Translations under genes and position numbers: made by a program
Assembly (NCBI GenBank): GCA_949358305.1
Contig: OX442314.1
Location: 29,326,001 to 29,390,000 of the forward strand
Direction of reading: 5' to 3'
Origin: Strigamia acuminata
Lineage: Eukaryota
DNA: 64,000 bases
Shown: in pieces, positions 58,501 through 64,000 of the stretch
Layout: every line of letters begins with the position of its first letter
How positions within the stretch are numbered: the first letter of the stretch is position 1
Notes under the pieces: model-generated
Told to the model about the DNA's origin: nothing
Database searches by the model: none
What the model saw: only the letters and a program-made list of their open reading frames with translations

Positions 58501-58999
58501 TCTTGAAGTTAAAGTTGAGTCATTGGAGGCTACTTTGTCAACGAGAATATCTCACCTAGCTGAGAATCCACTGTAAAAATGATAAAGGATTGTGAGAGGT
58601 GCAACAAGGGGATGTCTTATTTACTTTCCCATAGCCATGGTGGGGCAAAAAAAATTACAGAAGTGGAAAAATCACCGTAATTCTTTTTTCCTGAAAATTA
58701 ATTAATGAGGTTAACTTTTATTCCTCAAAAACTTTTTATTTTTATTTTTTAATGTCTAAATACGAATAGTTTTTCAATTATTATTAAGATAATTTAATAT
58801 TTATAACATAAAACACCCTTAATGGGAGCGCCGTACACCACTTTGGCATATGTTTGCACTAGGTGGCGTATTAAAATTAGTCCTAAAACAAAGGAAAAAT
58901 GTGATTGTGCACATGTGCAGAAGGTAGAAGGTAGAAATGACCGACCATGGCTGCACATGTGTAGTATTAGCCATGGCTATGGAAAGGTTAATAGAAGAT

Positions 59000-59300
59000 T
59001 TGAATCAGCTTAGAATGACATGGAAGATAGGAAGAATGGTAGAAATTTTCCGAGGATGTGACGGTTGTGTGCGCGCATGTGAGATGAAATTGGCTGTCGG
59101 GAAGAATTAGCGTCGACCCGTACAAAGATTGTGTGTCTTGGAAGCCCACGACGAAGAAGTAGCGAGTGGAGTCACCACTCCGGCCCCAGTGTGAAAACTG
59201 GCTTTTGTGTAAGGGCGAGACTGTGCGAAATTAGAGGAAGCGGTGTAACGACGAGCAGCATTCCGGAGATGTGTTGGGTTGAGATTCGATGATGTGCAAC
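59000..59300 (+). mobile_element. BEL/Pao relic (3' end of pol plus start of LTR), same family as 62981-64000
   Basis: RACEMKLAVGKN*RRPVQRLCVLEAHD...TTPAPV* then TGTGAAAACTGGC, matching the 63282-63400 region. Confidence 0.85.
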
Positions 59301-60411
59301 AGGAAGCGTATGCAAAGTGTCATAAATTATCATAAAATATATTTTTAAACTATATACCGGAAAATCAGGATTTAATTTCAAAAGTTTCGGAAACTGCTTT
59401 TCTACTTTGGAGTTAATAGATTCCGCTCTAATTCTACTTTAAAAGCGAAACCGCCAGTTTATATAAAAATTAATTTCCCGCTAAACGTGGATTAAGTTTG
59501 AAAGATGCACTCATCTTCATTAAGCATTGATGAAAGGAGCAAATTCAGCAGTCAGCATTCTTTTAATGGCAAAAACGCGCATAAAACTGCAGTAAATGTC
59601 ACGTGTGATACTTATGTATTGACTTTCTAATTTACAGAGGTTAGCAGCGAGAGGGCGTGCAACATAAAAGAGGTCGACATGATTAGTGCGCAATTCCTTT
59701 GAGACCACCTAACAAATGTTGCTTGCAAAATTCACAATTCGTAAATCCCTTCCTTGATTAAACACAAGAATCTCAAAAAATAAAAATTCAATTGACTTCC
59801 GGCGGCAGAATAAATAAAAATAAAAGTTGAATTGATTGGTTCGGAGAAACGAACACAATACTGCATATTTGGGCAAAATGTAAACACGAGTGTGAGTGAC
59901 ATGACAAGTGGCATTCTTGTCAGAATGTGCTCCGAGTGTCAAAACGGTGAATAAAGGGAGAAAATTTATGATACTTGAGAAATTGGACAAATTTCATCAA
60001 GAACAAATAAAACTAATGGTTTTCTGAGGCGCATGACATGAATTTTAATTAAGTTGTTTCATTTGGTCGGACGTTTTCCATGTGTAATTACAGATATTTG
60101 TAAAATAAATTGCATCAGCTCACCAGCCACAATTAATTGCAATTAATTATTTATTGTGGCGGGTTTTGACATTTGAAATTACGTCTTGGGATACCACCTG
60201 CAGATTGTTAAGTGTGATCCTATATATAGTGTAAAATTACGATAATTTTTGTAGGAAAAAAATAGAAATAAAAGACGCAAGTTGCCGTTATCTGTCAAGC
60301 GTGTGCTGCCTTAAAGGTGCACAGTCAAACCGAACACAAGCCGAAGCCGAAAATAAAAAATATTGGGAGGATTGACGAAATGTTTTGTTTGGTAAATAAA
60401 CGATTACAAAG

Positions 60412-61229
60412 TGTGGTGACCCTGCGGGTGGTCGTCCCTCCAGTGGACGCCATCCGCATGAGTCACTAGGAAAGGTCAGTTCCCTCGCGTTGGCTCCGCC
60501 TTCCCCCCCTGGGAAGCGCGTGCCCCGAGGGGGTGAGGTGACGCGTGGCCGGCCCCCATTGGCCGAGCCAGGCCCCTCACCCTGGCCTATATCAGGTAGA
60601 GTTTCGCGCCCTACAAGCAGAACTTACACAAACGACACCAAGAACACAGCAACTACCTCACCGTCAGGCCAACTCCACCAAAAGTTAGGATTGATAGAGG
60701 ACCCCTGATTCCAGTGCAACTGTAACTCTCACGAATTTACACTGTGTGTTATTTCCCCGCGAAAGCAGGAAAATAACCCTTGTGGATTCACACTAAATAA
60801 TCGACCCACGATTATTTCCATTGCGAAGTGTCCGAGTGCCCTGTAAGAAACTCTACGTTTCTGGACGGAGCCTTGCGACGCTAAAACCAACCCCTAGACA
60901 ACAGGCACGGATAGAAGACTCGAAAGAGCATTCCACCGCGTCCGTGAACGACGAATCCGTGACGAATTTACGACAACTCGAGACGCCGCCTTTGTTCCGC
61001 CGACCACGCGGAACCGACGACGCCATCTTGAGAAATCCTTTGTTCGACTCTGACCAAGTCGACTCTAGTTTTATACTGAGTGTATTTTAAGGCTTACGCC
61101 TATTGAATAAACCTATTTGTTCATTTACATATACTTAGTATTCATTTGGGTAATTTACATATTTAGTAAGATCACAGGTAAAGTAATACACGTTAGCTCA
61201 TTAAACCTATCACCAGGTAGGACGCGACA
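60412..61229 (+). mobile_element. Solo LTR (818 bp, gypsy-like), TSD AAAG
   Basis: TGTGGTG...CGCGACA ends, 4-bp AAAG on both sides, TATA-like box at ~60588 and AATAAA at ~61106. Confidence 0.75.
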
Positions 61230-62254
61230 AAAGGCATGTTACGTGATGTTAATTTTATCCATTTTTTTGCATCAAACCTAAAATATTCTATACTTATGTC
61301 ACCCCCATTTTTATGTAAACTCACTGCCAAATTTATTTTTCTAAAAAACTTATAAATCTGTTAATTTTAAACGAATTCTAATAACAAAATACATTTATTA
61401 AAAATTAGGTTTGATTCCAGATGAAGCGCAAAAAGGGTATCCCGACTTTTCATACCGCGATTCAAGATGGCGGCCACAATGTGCGATTTGAACGAGATAA
61501 ATGAATTTTTTAAGTTCTAAAAAAGTTGTGATTATGTCTGTCTGGACCCCCAACTTTAAACTGCCATTCCACAAGATCTAAGCAGTAACTTTCCTCCAAC
61601 TTTTCTTCAATTTCAGTTCATTTTGTGAGTGTGCCCACATTTGTCTATTTCGTATCGCTTTAATGGAATTTCACCCACAAAATGAATTGGTTTTTTCTTA
61701 TTTTAAAATAAAAAGAAATAAGGAATTGCTTTCCATGGCTCCACGCCTGGTTTAACCTTCGATTGATGCCCTTTTTTCCTTTCTTTTTTGGTTCCACCTA
61801 AAGTTTTATTCGGGGAGAGAGCAATAAATGTCCAGGGATGTTCTCAAACGGCTCGGTGACAGCAACGTAAAGTGGTTCGATGAAAAGTGTCACATAGCAA
61901 AAAAGCCTTCAAGATAAAATAAAGTAATCAGTTTCTACTTCTCTTCAATTGCTTCACATCTTTTGAAAGGAGTAAAGTAAACACTATCATTTGCAACAAG
62001 GTCTTTTTTCCCCATTCATCCAATTCATTTCGGCTTTAAATCCCTGCAATGGTTTTTCTACTTCTTTCATTCACACCTATAAGAAGCTTATCAACATAAA
62101 AATACACGTTCCACTGGGAGAAAAAAATGTGTTTAAGGTTGTTGCACTTAAACAACTCGAAATTGTATTTAGAATTATTAAAAGCCACCTTAGAATTCGG
62201 ATGTCGCAGGATTGAAACTGATTTAGATCGACTGCAAATGAAAGCACACGTTGG

Positions 62255-62980
62255 AACAGTGATTAATTTTATTCAAACAGGGCATATATGCAAATATATT
62301 CTTCCCCCCCCCCTTACGGAACTGACATCTGCCGGCAAACAAATTAAGCGTTTACCCGCGCCGGTGTTAAAGGAGTCTTTTTTGTTGGTGTGTTGTAGAC
62401 ATGTGAGCGGTCTTGAGTTTATTACGGCTTCCACCTCGATCAACACTGTCAAAAGTCCCTCAAAATTCAATGACGTTTGTCTTATCGTCTTCTTCAGTGC
62501 AATCTTTACTGAACGGATCATGCGTTCCCAAAATCTACCCCATTATGGCGCAATTTCAACAATAAATTTCCAAACTATTTTTTCTGAAGTCAAAAAACGT
62601 TGGAACTTTCCCTGCAATACTTCATCCAAAAACACTTGGAATTCTTTATCGGCTCTCTTAAAAGTTTTCGCATTGTCTGAATATGTCGTCGTCGGAACTC
62701 CTCGTCTCCCAATAAATCTCTTGAGTGTATCTACCAAATGATCGGCAGATACATTTGACAACAGTTCTAGATGTACAGCTCTAGTAACCGCACAGGTAAA
62801 TAATGCAATATACAACTTCTAATGATTGGAGTACTGCAGTCTTGCGAAATCTACACCACATGTTTCGAATGGTTCGCTTGGAGTTACGCGGGCGAGTGGC
62901 AACAATCCCCATCGCTCCTTGGCCAAACGTCCTTGCACTCTTCGGCAACGCACACATTTTGAAGATTCGCAAAGTCGATT
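62255..62980 (-). mobile_element. Degenerate BEL/Pao integrase fragment
   Basis: YIALFTCAVTRAVHLEL, RFIGRRGVP..YSDNAKTF and EVEAVINSRPL, with stops and frameshifts. Confidence 0.9.
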
Positions 62981-64000
62981 TGTAACTAATTTTGACTAAA
63001 ACTGTGTAAATTTACTACTTTTCTAACTTTTATGAATTCTCGAAATAAAGCATGTCTTTTTTGGGTTAAGAACAAGTTTATTGTAATTTCTGGGGGTCAC
63101 AAGTACAAATTCAGGGGAACAAAGGGTGAAACAAGATAATTTATGACACTTTTACAGCACTTCCGGTCACGCGTCATCCAATATCACTCAAAAACACCTC
63201 CTGCAGGTTGGCTTCTCTGTGCTGCGCCGTGCTCTTTCCCTCGAACTCGTGCGACCTTGTTACTTCTAACAACGCCAGTTTTCACACTGGGGCCGGAGTG
63301 GTATCACCACTCAACTCTTCCATGTCGTGAGTTTCCAGAACGCACAATCGCTGTACTGGTCGACGCAAGTTCTTTCCGACTGGTAACTTTATCTCACATG
63401 CGCGAACACGACCGTCTCGTCCACGGAATATCTCAACGACTCTTCCTATTTTCCAGGTCATCCTGGGCTGGTTTAACTCTTCTACGAGAACTACATCTCC
63501 TTGTTTAACTTCTCGTGAATTCTTATCATTTTTACGGTGAACTCTCAGCTCGGTGAGATATTCCTTTTGCCATCGCGTCCACCAATGTCCTAACTTCAGT
63601 TGACGGAGTTTCCAACGCTTCAAAATCGTGACTGATGTCGATGGCAACTGTTGAATCGTTTTTTGGCTGGGGTCTGGCAAAGTACAGCTTCGTTTTCCGA
63701 CCAGAAAATGAGCTGGAGTGAGTGGGTGACTGTCTTCGTCTTCAGTGTATACGTAGGAGAGTGGTCGCGAATTTATGCACGACTCGACTTCCGAGAGAAT
63801 GGTTGTCAATTCTTCAAAATCTAGGGATGACTTTCCCAAGACTTTTTTCAAGCTGGACTTAGTTGACTTCACCATTCGCTCCCAAAAGCCACCCCACCAC
63901 GGTGCACGTTCGACTATATACTGCCATTTCACGCCTCGTTCGGTCAGAAATCCTTGTATCTGTTCACCTCTCACTGCATTCAACAAAACACAAAGTTCTT
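62981..64000 (-). mobile_element. BEL/Pao element 3' end (integrase C-terminus ORF ending 63282; putative 3' LTR 63286-62981), runs off the window
   Basis: APWWGGFWERMVKS.K, EVESCINSRPL, LTPAHFL, WQKEYL and GRDGRVR..RRPVQRL; TG...CA-bounded ~306-bp LTR-like segment. Confidence 0.88.

Noticed and set aside
50050..64000. Upstream (TM1-TM4) exons of the corazonin receptor
   Set aside because: No recognisable GN, LxxAD or DR-motif exon found by eye; probably beyond the window, though small exons could have been missed.

Overview
Eukaryotic, AT-rich, repeat-dense invertebrate (very likely arthropod) genomic DNA with short (~50-75 nt) GT-AG introns. All exon models, alignments and repeat boundaries were read by eye; no database search was possible. 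Left third (1-22 kb): a tandemly duplicated cassette of endonuclease G (EndoG)-like genes that have lost the catalytic DRGH/Asn/Glu residues (two apparently intact genes plus two complementary pseudogene halves). These are interleaved with three intronless BTB(-BACK) genes whose C-terminal domains are diverging, a frameshifted knottin-type secreted peptide gene and several LTR-like relics. 22-30 kb: a head-to-head inverted duplication (imperfect palindrome centred near 28390) of a 9-finger C2H2 zinc-finger gene, with an intact, very young Ty1/copia element inserted in the left arm. 35-44 kb (minus strand): a 4-exon secreted protein with an IGFBP domain plus a 16-Cys C-terminal domain I do not recognise. 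45-50 kb (minus strand): the last two coding exons of a corazonin receptor. Its large upstream intron holds a young non-autonomous Gag-protease-only Mag/gypsy element, a solo LTR, nested BEL/Pao relics and many MITEs. The strongest candidates for novel biology are the pseudo-EndoG/BTB cassette, the palindromic rapidly diversifying ZF pair and the Gag-Pro-only retroelement; all functional interpretations are inference.
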